Made by a program: the position numbers and the translations under genes. Source: Okamejei kenojei (lineage: Eukaryota). From it: DNA of 64,000 nt. Below the pieces are notes generated by a model. That model was given only the letters and a program-made list of their open reading frames with translations. It was not told where the DNA came from and ran no database searches. Position 1 is the stretch's first letter; each line of letters starts with the position of its first letter. Below, piece by piece: positions 25,745-37,713 of this stretch. The stretch is taken from the NCBI GenBank assembly GCA_035221665.1, contig CM069168.1:6324001-6388000 (forward strand), in the 5' to 3' direction.

Positions 25745-27340
25745 AAACATAGAAAATAGGTGCAGGAGTAGGCCATTCGGCCCTTCGAGCCTGCACCGCC
25801 ATTCAATATGATCATGGCTGATCATCCAACTCAGTATCCCGTAACTGCCTTCTCTCCATTCCCCCTGATCCCTCTAGCCACAAGGGCCTCATCTAACTCC
25901 CTCTTAAATATAGCCAATGAACTGGCCTCAACTACCTTCTGTGGCAGAGAATTCCACAGATTTACCACTCTCTGTGTGAACATTTTTTTCCTCATCTCAG
26001 TCCTAAAAGACTTCCCCCTTATCCTTAAACTGTGACCCCTTGTTCTGGACTTCCCCAACATCGGGAACAATCTTCTTGCATCTAGCCTGTCCAACCTCTT
26101 AAGAATTTTGCAAGTTTCTATAAGATCCCCCCTCAATCTTCTAAATTCTAGCGAGGACAAACATGATGCCTAGCTAATCTGATCTCATTTGCTTGTTCAT
26201 GATCCATATCCCTCCACTCCCTATACATCTATGTGCCTATCTAAAAGCTTCTCAAATGCCATTAACATATCTGCCTCCACCACCACTCCTGGGAATGTGG
26301 TCCAAGTCCCCACCACTCAGTGTAAATAATCTGCTCCGTACGTTGCCATCAAACTTTCCCCCTCTCACCTTATAGCTATGCCGTCTAGTGTTGGTCATTT
26401 CCACCCTGGAAAAATGGTTCTGACTGTCTATCCTATCTATGCCACTCAAAATTGTATATACTTCCAGCAAGGCACCCTTCAACCTCCGATGTTCTAATCC
26501 AAGTCTATCCAACTTCTCCCTGTAGCTGAAACCCTCTAATCCAGGCAGCAGTCTGGCAAACCTCCTCTGTACCCTCTCCAAACTCTCCACATCTCTCCTG
26601 TAATGGGACAATGTCGACAGAACTGCATGCAATTCTCCAAACATGGCCTAACCAAAGTCCTTTAGAGCAGCATTGTGACTTCCTGACCATTATATTCAAT
26701 GCCCATAGCAATGAAGGCAAGCATACCATACGCCTTCTTATCCACCTTATTTACTTGTGCTGCCAACTTCAGTGAGCTATGAACCTGGACTCGTCTGCAC
26801 ATCAATGCCATCAACTACACACTCTCTCCTTACATTCAACTTCTCAAAGTGCAACACCTCACACTTGCTTGGGTTAAACTCCATTGCCTTTTCTCTGCCC
26901 AGTTTTGCAGCTGATCTATATCCCAGTTTCTTCTGGTCGCACTCATCACAGTCTGCAATTCCTCAATGTTGGCATCATCAGCAAACTTACTCACAAACCC
27001 ATTTACATGTACAACGCCTTGGTCATTTGTATATATCACAAACTGCAGCGGTCCCAGCACTCATCCCTGCGGAACTCCACTGGTCACAAAACTCCAACCA
27101 GAATGTTTACGTTCCACCACAACTCTCTGTCTTCTATGGTTCTGAATCCATACGACCAAGTCATTGTGAATCCCGAACATCTTAATCTTCTGGATCAGCC
27201 TACCATGCGGATCCTTACCAAATGCCTGACTAAAATCCATGTGTACAACATCCACTTCATCAATCTGCTTTGTCACCTCCTCAAGTTAGTGAGGCACGAC
27301 TTGTCACGCACATAACCGTGCTGGCTATCCCTGGCTAGTC
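25745..27340 (-). mobile_element. Two adjacent CR1 LINE fragments
   Basis: DVVHMDFSQAFGKDPH, SGVPQG, LGPLQFVIYTND, SKFADD, LERVQRRFARLLPG and RRLRGDLIE motifs; CR1 3' ends. Confidence 0.9.
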
Positions 27341-28504
27341 AATAGTGTGGGGCAACGAGATCTGAATATGGCATCATGCTGGCTGTTGGGCTGGCAGTCA
27401 CAGCTGTGCCCCTCCTGGCCGTGTGAACAGGTGTCTGAGCCACCGCTCCCGCACTCTTCCTCTGCCAGGAAGCTTCTCTGGTGCACTGTATTACAAGTGT
27501 CGATAATAATCTGCCTTTCAGTTCCTCTTACAGATTGTACCCAGAACTCGGCACGTTCTGCTTTTACAGATGTTCTTAAGTCGGGTATTTCCATAAGTTG
27601 GAAAACACACAAAAATCAGTCGATGTAGTATCCATACAGTACCTCCACAGTAATGTAGTGAATAGCATCAAAAGCACGGACAGAAGAGAGGGTTTTAGAC
27701 AGAGCCATAACGTCAAACAGCATGGAAATAGGTCCATCTAAGCTGGTCTCATTTCCTGTGTTTGGCCCATAGCCCTTCAATTTTTTCCTAACAAATGTAC
27801 TTGTCCATGTGTCTTTTAATTGCTGTTATAGTACCTGCCTCAACTACCTACTCTGGCTGCTCGTTCCATATGTCCACCACCGTCTGAGTTAAAAAGTTAC
27901 CCCTCAGATTCCTATTAAATGTTGCAACTCTCACCTTAAACCTATGCTCTCTGATTGTTGAGTCCCCTACAGTGCATTCAACCTATCTATTCCCCTCATG
28001 ACTATACACTTCGACAAGATCACTCCTCAGCCTCATGCACTCCAAGGAATAAAGTCCGAGCCTGACCAACCTCCCCCTGTAACTCAATCCCATGACAGCA
28101 TCCTTGCCAATCTTCTCTCTTTCCAGCTTAATGACAAGAACAATGACTAAAAGCGGACAGAGAGAGAAAACTAGTTCTGCCGTTCATAGCAACAGATGTA
28201 CGTCTGTGTATCAGAGTTTTGAATTTGACATAATGGAAGCTTGTTTGTAAGTAGTGGTGTGTGTAAGTCAAGTGTTCACAACCCAGGGACGGCCTGGTCT
28301 GAAGTGCACCACCTTGTGCTTTCCCACATTGAACTCCATTTACTAAGTTTTCACCTACTCAATCTATCCATATCCTGTGCAGAATCACAATATTCTCACC
28401 TCACTATGCCCTTCCACCAATTTTCACGTAATTGATAAACTTGGTTAGTTAAGGTGTACTGGTACATTATTGTTGTATGTAAATGGAATAAAGAAATAAA
28501 GGAA

Positions 28505-28975
28505 TCACAGTGTCGCAGCGATAGAGTTGCTGCCTTATAGCAGCAGTGACCCGGGTTCAATCCTGACTACGGGTGCTGTCTGTACAGAGTTTGTACGTTC
28601 TCTGCGACCTGCATGGGTTTTCCCCTGAATCTCCGATTATCTCCCACACCCCAGAGACGTACAGGTTTGTAGGTTAATTGTCCCTAGTGTGGGGAGTATT
28701 ATGGGCCTGTCCAACTTAGGCAAATTTTTGGGCGACTATAGGCAACATGTTGAAAAATTCTCGGCGACCATGGCGACAATTTTTGCTGTCGTAGGTTGTC
28801 GTTGGTTGACATAGGTTGTCACCAGGTGTCGTGGGTGAATTCCATTAAAACTAGTCCCTGGCAGTCGCCTAAAGAGTCGCCTAAGTGGGACAGGCCCATT
28901 AGTGTACAGGAATCGCTGGTTGGCGTGGACTCCGTGGGCCAAAGGGCCTGTTTCAGCATTGTATTGCTAGACAAA
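28505..28975 (+). mobile_element. tRNA-derived V-SINE interrupted by a Harbinger MITE
   Basis: A/B boxes and V core; tail resumes after 28901. Confidence 0.82.
28702..28898. mobile_element. PIF/Harbinger-type MITE nested in a tRNA SINE
   Basis: TIRs TGGGCCTGTCCAACTTAGGC / GCCTAAGTGGGACAGGCCCA; TTA TSD on both sides. Confidence 0.85.
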
Positions 28976-30448
28976 TAAAAAACCTAATATAGTGCAATAA
29001 GCAAACCAAAGCTTGAAATGCTGGAGTTTTGTAAATCGGTTCAATCTGAAGACAGGTCCCGACCTAAAACATCGGCTATTCATGTCCTCCAGAGATGCTG
29101 CCTAACCCGCTGAGTTATTCCAGCACTTTATGTTCCATGGTTTGCTCATATCTGGACATAATCTAGGCTCCTATTTTAAATAACAGAAGCAGCAAAGTGT
29201 GCCAGTAGCAGAACCTGATGAGTCAACAGATTCAAAAGCTGCCAAGAAGATGCGTGCATGTCTAGTATTAAAATATAATCCTAGGAGTAAATGTTTTAGG
29301 CCTCCAAGCTATCAAAGAATCAATAACACACTGCCTTGGTATACATTATTTCTGAATTTGCAAGTTTCTTCGTACTTAGAAGGGTCGAATCATTAAAAAT
29401 TATCCATGAAGATCAAATTCCAGAAAAGGTTAGAAAACAGAGTGAAAAAAAACCGACAGAACAGAAATTCAAAGACCAATTCACAACATCCTGTGGATTT
29501 GTTGTTTATCTGTTTATTTATGTGTATATATATGGTCTATGCTATATAGACACACTGAACTGTTCTGTATTTATGCTTACAATATTCTTTTGTGCTGCAG
29601 CAAGCAAGAATGTAATTGTCCTATCTGGGGCACATGACCATAAACTCTCTTGGCTCTTGACTTGATTACGTTTGCAGACGCTTTGGTAAAATTTAACTTG
29701 CAACTAAATTACGGTAGAACCAAACACTTTGCGACGTGGGCTTTCAGGACGGCACAGTGGCACAGCCGGTGGAGCTGCTGCTTCACAGCGCTAGAGACCC
29801 GGGTTTGATCCTGACCCGGTGCTATCTGTGTGTGGAGTTTGCACGTTCTCCCTGTGACCGTGTGGGTTTCCCCTTGGTGCTCCAGTTTCCTCCCACATCC
29901 CAATGGACGTGTGGGTTTTTAGGCTAATTAATCTTTTTTTTAAATGCCAGTCATGTACATGGAGTGGATGCAAAAGTGGGATAATATAGAACTAGTGTTA
30001 ATGGGTAGAATGTACAAAATGGATATTACCACCAGTGACTAGATACTTTCTCCCAGCGATTGCGTGGGTTACCTCCGGGTGCTCTAGTTTCCTCCCACAT
30101 CCCACGCTCTATTCACAAGAACAGGCCAGTCAGTACCGTGGTACAGATGGAGGCTCATTGTACACCCAAGTTTAGGTAATTTAACCGAGACTACGTCGAA
30201 CTCTGGAACAGCCTAATAACAGAAAGCATGCAAGTCAAGCATACTCATTAAGTAAAGCCTATCATGGCTATAATCTGAAAACCAATAATTACTTTCAGAG
30301 TTACAGGGACAGAATCTCATCCTGTTTCACGTTGAATTCCACTTCAGTGAACTTCAATAGAATAGAATTTTAAAAACAGAGTTCAAGATGCACCTGTTAC
30401 TGCATTCGGCTTTTCATGCACACAGCGAGGTTAAATCTCTGAATCAGT

Positions 30449-30476
30449 CTGAAGAAGGGTCTCGACCCGAAACGTC
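30449..30476 (+). ncRNA. Minimal hammerhead ribozyme core in a Penelope-derived repeat
   Basis: CUGAAGA-A-GGGU(CUCG)ACCC-GAAA-CGUC; flanks GAAUCAGU/GCCCAUUC allow an imperfect stem I. Confidence 0.65.
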
Positions 30477-30752
30477 GCCCATTCCTTCTCTCCAGAGATG
30501 CTGCCTCACCCGCTGTTATTCCAGCATTTTGTGTCTACCGTCGATTTAAACCAGCATCTGCAGTTCTTTCTTGCACAGAGGATGAACCTCTAGTCCACAA
30601 TCTACAACATACCCCAAACTCTCCCAAACTAGTGTCCAATCACCACTTCAATTAATCCAGGGCCAAATATTACTTGCTGAACAGAGATCCCGCAGCAAAA
30701 CATAATGATTTCAGGCATCCAACATCTTCTTGTGAGTAAAAACAACTTTGAA

Positions 30753-31145
30753 GGGCAGCACAGTGGCGCAGCTGGTAGAGCTGCTGCCTCACAGCGCCAG
30801 AGTTCACTGGGTTTGATGCTGACCTTGGATGCTGCCTGTCTGGAGTTTTCATATGACTGCGTCTATTTCCTCCGGGTACTCTGGTTTCCTCCCACATCCC
30901 AAAGACGTGTGGGTTTGTAGGTTCATCGGCCTAGTGTAAATTAGGCCCTAGTGTGTTGGGAGTGGATGAGAAAGTGGGATAACATGGAACTGGTGTGAAC
31001 GGGTGATCGATGGCCGGCGTGCTCAGTGAGATCAGTGGGTATGAAGAAGGGTTCCGACCCAAAATGTCACCAACACTTTGGGTCTACCTTCGGTGGGCTG
31101 AAGGGCCTATTTCCACACTGTATCTCCAATCCAAACTAAACTAAA
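30753..31145 (+). mobile_element. tRNA-derived V-SINE (further copies at ~38830-39115 -, 41240-41505 -, 41830-42145 -, 46670-46950 +, 60600-60890 +)
   Basis: A/B boxes, V core, tail. Confidence 0.8.
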
Positions 31146-32290
31146 CACAAGAAATAGCAGGATAGGCAGTTGGCCCCGCAAGTATGTCCCGTCAACTGAA
31201 ACTGTATGATCATGGCTGATCGATGCTCCTGTGCATCCTCATAACTCTCAATTCCTCTGCCTTTCATCATATTCATTGAAACTAGACCTGCATTTTTTAA
31301 ATATTTTGATTGCTATTATTTAAGTGCCATAGGAGTATAAAATTTGCCATTCTGTTCCAGTGGGTAAATGCACTATTTTCAATGAGCCATACAAATAGAA
31401 AGTTACTAGCAAGATTCCTGGCGTGTGCTAACTTAGCTGCAACACAGATGCTACAACTCAACTCTGACTGCCAGAGTCAGGAACAGAACCGGTGCCAGCC
31501 CACGTTGTTGCCACCTCAATCCCGAGCCAGTGGCTGGGGTGAATTGTGCCATTGTCGATACCAGACAAAGAACTAGTCAACGCATGTGCTGTTCCCCCAT
31601 AGCCTTCAGGCTCTGTTACGATTCAGAAGCAAGGAACTGCAGGTGCCGGTTTACACAAAAGAACACAAAGTGCTGGAGTAACTTAGTGGGTCAGGCAGTG
31701 TCTTTAGTTTAGTTTAGAGATACAGAGCGGACACAGGCCCTTGCACCCACCAAGTCTGCACCGTACAAAGAAGGGTTTCGGCCCAAGAAGTCACCTATTT
31801 CTTTTCTCTCGAGATGCTGCTTGAACCACTGTGTTAACGCAGCATTTTATGTCTATCCCCCTATCAATTCAGCCTTTGTCCCGCCACCAACTTTCTTCTC
31901 CTGCTTTCTCCCCCCTACTAAAATCAGTCTGAAGAAGGGTCCTAACCTGAAACATCGCATATCCTTTCCCTCCGCAGATGCTGCCTGACCCACTAAGTTA
32001 CTCCAGCATTTTGTGATTTGGCACAGCAAGATGATACTGCGTGGGAGGCAGCGTCCACCTTGGACCTGTAGCAAAAAGGACTTGAAAATGCTGCTTTACA
32101 CAAAAGGACCAAGCTGCTGGAGTAACTAAGCTAATCGGCCTGAAGAAGGGTCCCAAGCCAAAATGTCACCTATCCATGGTTTCCAGAGATGCCGCCTGAC
32201 ATGTTGAGTTACTCCAGCATCTTTAGCATCTTGGATCTGTCGGGCAAATGCTTCTATGGGTACGTCCACATCATGTGCTAGCAGTCTTAC

Positions 32291-32434
32291 CAGAATGCAG
32301 TGCCCGGGCTCCAAACTCCACATGGAGTTTTCAGTGTTGACTCTGTGTGTCAGCTTTCCGTCCACAATGACTCGCTCACCCCCTGCTTCAACCACAGCCA
32401 CGCGTAACCGGTTGCTTTGTATGTCGACAGACAC
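32291..32434 (-). CDS. NUDCD3: NUDCD3 coding exon 4 (VSVDIQSNRLRVAVVEAGGERVIVDGKLTHRVNTENSMWSLEPGHCIL)
   Basis: CS domain motif GKLTH..NTE.S.WSLEPG; ACAG|GTG and CTG|GTAAG; 144 nt. Confidence 0.97.
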
Positions 32435-32724
32435 CTGTATAGGAAAACAGCAAAGTTAAATGATGCTGATGTCTTTCCCGCAGTACAGCACACGAACAGG
32501 CCCTTTGGCCCACCAAGTCAGCACCAATCCCGCACATTAACACTATCCTACACACCAGGGACAATTAAAAAAAAAAATTTATCCCAAGTCAATTAACCTA
32601 CAAGCCTGTACGTCTTTGGTGTGTCGGAGGAAACAGAAGATCTCGGAGAAAACCCAGGCGGTCACAGTGAGAACTTGCAAACTCTGTACAAGCAGGACCC
32701 ATAGTCGGAATCAAACTCCGGTCC

Positions 32725-33060
32725 AAATCTGAAGAGGGATGTGCTGGCGTTGGAGAGGGTCCAGAGGTTTACAAGAATAATCCCAGGGATGATTGGCTTA
32801 ACATATGATGAGCGTTTGACAGCTCTGGGCCTGCACTCGCTGGAGTTTAGAATGATGAGGAGGGACCTCATTGAAACTTACCGAACTGTGAAAGGTCTGG
32901 ATTGCAAGGATGTGGAGAGGATGTTTGCACTAGTGGGAGAGTCTAGGACCAGAGGGCACAGCCTCAGAATAAAAAGACGTACCTTTAGAAAGGAGATGAG
33001 GAGGGATTTCTTTTGCCAGAGGGTGCAAAATCCGTGAGATTTATTGCCATAGGCTGCTTT
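32725..33060 (+). mobile_element. CR1 LINE fragment
   Basis: LERVQRFTRIIPGM...RRMRRDLIETY. Confidence 0.85.
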
Positions 33061-33104
33061 GAAGAATGCCCGGGTATAGTTAAAGCCAAGAGTGATATGT
33101 TCTT

Positions 33105-34270
33105 GTGTGGGAAAGAACTGCAGATGCTGGTTTAAATCTAAGTTAGACACAAAATGCTGGAGTAACTCAGCTGGTCAGGCAGCATCTCTGGAGTGAAGGA
33201 ATGGGTGACGTTTTGGGTCGAGACCCTTCTTCACACTGATGTCAGGGGATGGGGCAGGACAAAGATAGAATGTAGTCTGAGACAGTAAGACTGGTGGGAG
33301 AACTGGGGAGGGGATGGAGAGAGAAAGCAAGAGCTATCTGAAGTTAGAGAAGTCAATGTTCATACCGCTGGGGTGTAAACTACCCAAACGAAATATGAGA
33401 TGCTGTTCCTCCAATTTACGCTGGGCCTCACTCTGACAATGGAGGAGGCCCCGGCCAGATTGGGAATGCTGAGGCACCGGGAGATCCGGTAGGTTAAGAA
33501 GGACTGAGCAGAGGTGTTCAGCGAAACAATCGCCGAGCCTGCGCTTAGTCTCGCTGATGTAGATAAGTTGACACCTGGAACAGCCGATACAGTAGGTGAG
33601 GTTGGAGGAGATGCAAGTGAACCTCTGCCTCACCTGGATAGACTGTTTGGGCCTTTGGATGGAGTCGAGAGGGGAGGTAAATGGACAAGTGTTGCATCTC
33701 CTGCAGTCAGGGGAAAGTACCCGGGGAGAGGGTAGTTTGGGTGGGAAGGGACGATTTGACCAGGGAGTTGTGGAGGGAATGGTCTCTGCGGAAAGCAGAA
33801 AGGGGTGGAGATGGGAAGATGTGGCCAGTAGTGGGATCCCGCTGGAGGTAGCGAAATTGTTGGAGGATTATATGCTGTATGCGACAGTGATGGGGTGAAA
33901 GGTGAGGACAAGGGGGACTCTGTCTTTGTTACGAATGGGGGGGAGGGGGAGCAAGGGCGGAGCTGCGCGATATAGAGAAGACCCTAGTGAGAGCCTCATC
34001 TATAATGGAAGAGGGGAACCCCTGTTTCCTAAAGAATTTGGACATCTTTGATGCCCTGGTATGGAACACCTCATCCTGGGCGCAGATGCGACGTAGACGG
34101 AGGTATTGGGAGTAGGGGATAGAGCCTTTACAGGAAGCAGGGTGGGAAGAAGTGTCGTCAAGATAGCTGTCAGTGTCAGTAGGTTTGTCTGTCAATGGTC
34201 TGTTTCCTGTGATGGCGATGGTGAGATCTAGAAACAGTAGCAAGATGTCGGAGATGGTCCAAGTGAAATT
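33105..34270 (-). mobile_element. Penelope-like element, 5'-truncated, degenerate
   Basis: FLDLTI...SSHPASCKGSIPYSQYLRLRRIC and RQRFTCISSNLTYCIGCSRCQLIYISET...GMNIDFSNFR*; terminal repeat at 33105-33240. Confidence 0.92.
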
Positions 34271-36199
34271 GATATGTTCTTGATTAATAACTGTGTCAAA
34301 AGTTAAGGAGACAAGGAAAGAGAATGGGGTTGAGAGGAAAAGATAGATCAGTCATGAATGGCAGAGCAGACTTGACAGGCCGAATGGCCTCTGCTCCTAT
34401 ATCTTATGAATGTACAAATAAAGTGCTGGAATAACTCCGCGGGTCAGGCACTATCTCTGGAGCACGTATATAGGTGACGTTTCTGGGACGTCACCTATCC
34501 ATGTTCACCGAAGATGCCGCGTGGCCTGCTGAGTTACTCCAACACTCTGCGTCCTTTTGTGAAAACCAGTGTCTGCAGTTCCTGTTGCCACGTGAAGCGT
34601 TATGACACTCAGAATTATAATTTAGATGCCAGTGTGCCACCAGCTGAAAAAAAAAAATCCCAACCAGTATTTCATGAGAGCTTGACACACCAGCCCCTCC
34701 CAAACACTAAACCTGAACAAACGAGTTATACTAAACACTTCTCACTTCAGTGGGCCATGCAGGCAATACGATTCAATAATGGAATTGAGGATTACACATT
34801 TTCTGTTAAATGTACAAACTGTCTCCTCCAACCCACATAAAACCAGCATCAATTCAAAACGCATAAGGTCCTTTGTGACAGGATTAACATGGGGAACGCT
34901 GCACATCAATGAATATTCAGCTGCCTGGACTGCGACAATTTGTGGGCTGTTTGCACAGTCTGATTCCACACTGACACATAACGCTGTGCTGCACTAGGAA
35001 ACCACAGATGTCCACTTAAAAGAAACCTTCAAAGGTGATAAATGGTTTTGCCAAGAACTGTATTACATTCAGCAGATGCAGACGGAAGCCAGCTTTCAGT
35101 GAGGCAATAAATGGAAACTTACTGCAGCGGACTGAGAGAAAATATTTACCAATGTGAAGGAGCAGCTTCACACACTGATGCACTCTGCAGGTCAGAGTCT
35201 GCGACCTGCAACACATTACATCATCTGACCTGCTTTATCTCAAGGCAATCAATTCCCTGCAACAGTGCGGAGAACAGTAAGCACAGGAGCAGCCTTTCAG
35301 CCCAGGCCTGTGCCGATCATGAAGGCAATCTAACTGATGCCATCTGCCTGCATATAGACTTTCCCCCTATTCCCTGCCTGTTTATGTACAGTCTAAATGC
35401 CACTATTGTATCTGCTTCTGCCTGCTCGCCTGGCAGTACGCTCCAGGCACCTACCACCTACTGTGTAAAATAACATGCCTTGTACACTCCCTTTAACCCC
35501 CCCCCCTCCTTCTCCATCTTAGATCAGGCTGCTCAAATCTAATCAGATTTTAATACCAATTTGCATCAGTCTTATTGCTCCCATTTTTCTGAAAACATCG
35601 ACCGACTGGGTATAGTTTCAGACACTGGCAAATGAGGGGGGACATTCACATTCCTCTGGGCTTCACATTTCATTCCTCTTCTCTCATATGACACCCTTTT
35701 ATCTCCCTTTCATCTCTATCTACCCATCTGTCAACAACCCGCCCCCCACCCCCCAATTACATCCATTTTTCACTCAAAGGCTTTGTCCCGCCCCCACCCC
35801 CTACTACAATCAGTCTGAAGAAGGGTGCAGACCGGAAACGCCACCTGTCCACGTTCTCCAGAGACGCTGCCTGAACTGCTGAGTTACTCCAGCACTTTGT
35901 GTTTATGAAGGAACTGCAGATGCTGGAAAAATCGAAGGCAGACAAAATTGTTGGGAGAAACTTAGCTGGTGAGGCAGCATCTATGGAGCGAAGGAATAGG
36001 TGACGTTTTGGGTCGAGACCCTTGAGGAAGGGTCTCGACCCGAAACGTCACCTAATCCTTCTTGCTCCATAGATGCTGCCTCACCCGCTGAGTTTCTCCA
36101 GCATTTTGTGTGTTTTGTTTTGTAAATCATTCTCGAGTCAGCATAGACAATGACTTCAGCAACTGAGACGTTGTGAGTTCTACAACTGAGACGTTGTGT

Positions 36200-36381
36200 T
36201 TAAGAAGGAACTGCAGATGCTGGAAAATCGAAGGTAGACAAAAGTGCTGGAGAAACTCAGCGGGTGCAGCAGCATCTATGGAGCGAAGGAAATAGGCAAA
36301 GTCGGGCCGAAACTTAGCCTATTTCCTTCGCTCCATAGATGCTGCTGCACCCGTTGAGTTTCTCCAGCACTTTTGTCTACC
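36200..36381. mobile_element. Penelope-derived fold-back insertion
   Basis: ~65-bp near-perfect inverted arms plus a one-sided extension; flanking repeat TTCTACAACTGAGAC. Confidence 0.78.
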
Positions 36382-36619
36382 TTCTACAACTGAGACCACA
36401 GCCAAACTCAATTCCAATGATGTCCAACTGATCAACCCACACACACAAGTGCTCTTTCCAACAGACAGAACAGAAACGTTGGATATCCTTTCCTATTTCT
36501 TGGCCTAGGGGCGCAGAGATCGGCAATGCTGAATCGTAAACAAATCAAAAAATTAAAACTGCATCAGAATATATGAAAGAGTCAGTGTCAGATTCTCTCT
36601 GCTGGTGATTAGTCATTAC

Positions 36620-36743
36620 CTGTCTTCCTTTGACGATCACCTTTGAAACTGGCACTTTCACTTCCAGGTCTGAGTAATCCTGGGACCAAATGTAGTTGTC
36701 TCTCACGGCCCCATTATAGCTGTCAAAAGTCTCTACACATTTC
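36620..36743 (-). CDS. NUDCD3: NUDCD3 coding exon 3 (KCVETFDSYNGAVRDNYIWSQDYSDLEVKVPVSKVIVKGRQ)
   Basis: Hand-translated, not in the ORF track; start of CS/p23 domain DSYNGAVR.NY.WSQDY.DLEV; acceptor TTACAG|G, donor CAG|GTAAT; 124 nt restores phase 0. Confidence 0.97.
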
Positions 36744-37583
36744 CTGTAAACAAACCAACATATAAATCATCACATGCAACATACCCCTAATTAGAAACAT
36801 AGAAAATAGGTACAGGAGTAGGTCATTCGGCCCTTCAAGCCAGCACCGCCATTCAATATGATCATGGCTGATCATCCAGAATCAGTACACCGTTCCTGCT
36901 TTATCCCCATATCACTTGATTCCGTTAGCCCTAAGAACTCTCTCTTGAATACATCCAGTGAATTGGCCTCCACTGCCTTCTGTGGCAGACACTTCCACGG
37001 ATTCACAACTCTCAGGGTGAAAAGGTTCTCTGGTTTCCTTCCACACCTCAGAGACGTGCAGGTTTGTAGGCTAATTGGCCTCTGTAAATTGCCACTATAG
37101 TGTAGGGAGTGGATGAGAAAATGGGATAACATAGAACTAGCGGGAATGGGTGATCGATGGTTGGCGTGGACTCGATGGGCCGAAGGGCCCGTTTCCTTGC
37201 TGCATTTCTAAACTAAATTTCCATGTGCCTTCTCTTCCCTGTACCCTGACCTCCCAGCAGCAACAATCGGGGGCTGGGTTGAGCCGAGCAGAGTTGATAG
37301 CAATGAGCAAACTCGTTCACTGTATCAGAGAGGCCGGCTGGCACCCGTTCTTCCCGCACCTGCGTGCTCTCCCATCACTGCTGTTTCTGTGATCCTCTCT
37401 CACACACCGCTGCCGTTCATGTCTGACTAATGAGAATGTCAGTTACAAACAGTGCTCAGTAAGGGACTGCCCGCACTAAACTACTGCACTAAACCCAGTA
37501 AAGCCTCCCAAGGAAAAGCTCATCAACTTTCCTTCGAGCCAATCATCAGGTCTTTACATCTTGCTGAAGTGATTCAGCATGGT

Positions 37584-37713
37584 GTGGTGGGAGATTGCAA
37601 CCTCCACGTGGTCCGCCCAGTTTCGACGAATGCAATCAACCTGACATGCACAGTCAAATAGAACAAGTTGTCCTAGAACCTTAGGCTATGCACGCCATAC
37701 GCGAGAAGAAGAA
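37584..37713 (+). mobile_element. Short non-autonomous retroelement with HDV-like ribozyme head (37584-37637) and (AAG)n tail, copy A
   Basis: 13-bp TSD GATTCAGCATGGT / GATTCAGAATTGT; P1-P2-P3-L3-J4/2 layout of an HDV-like fold; homologous to 52687-52827. Confidence 0.8.
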
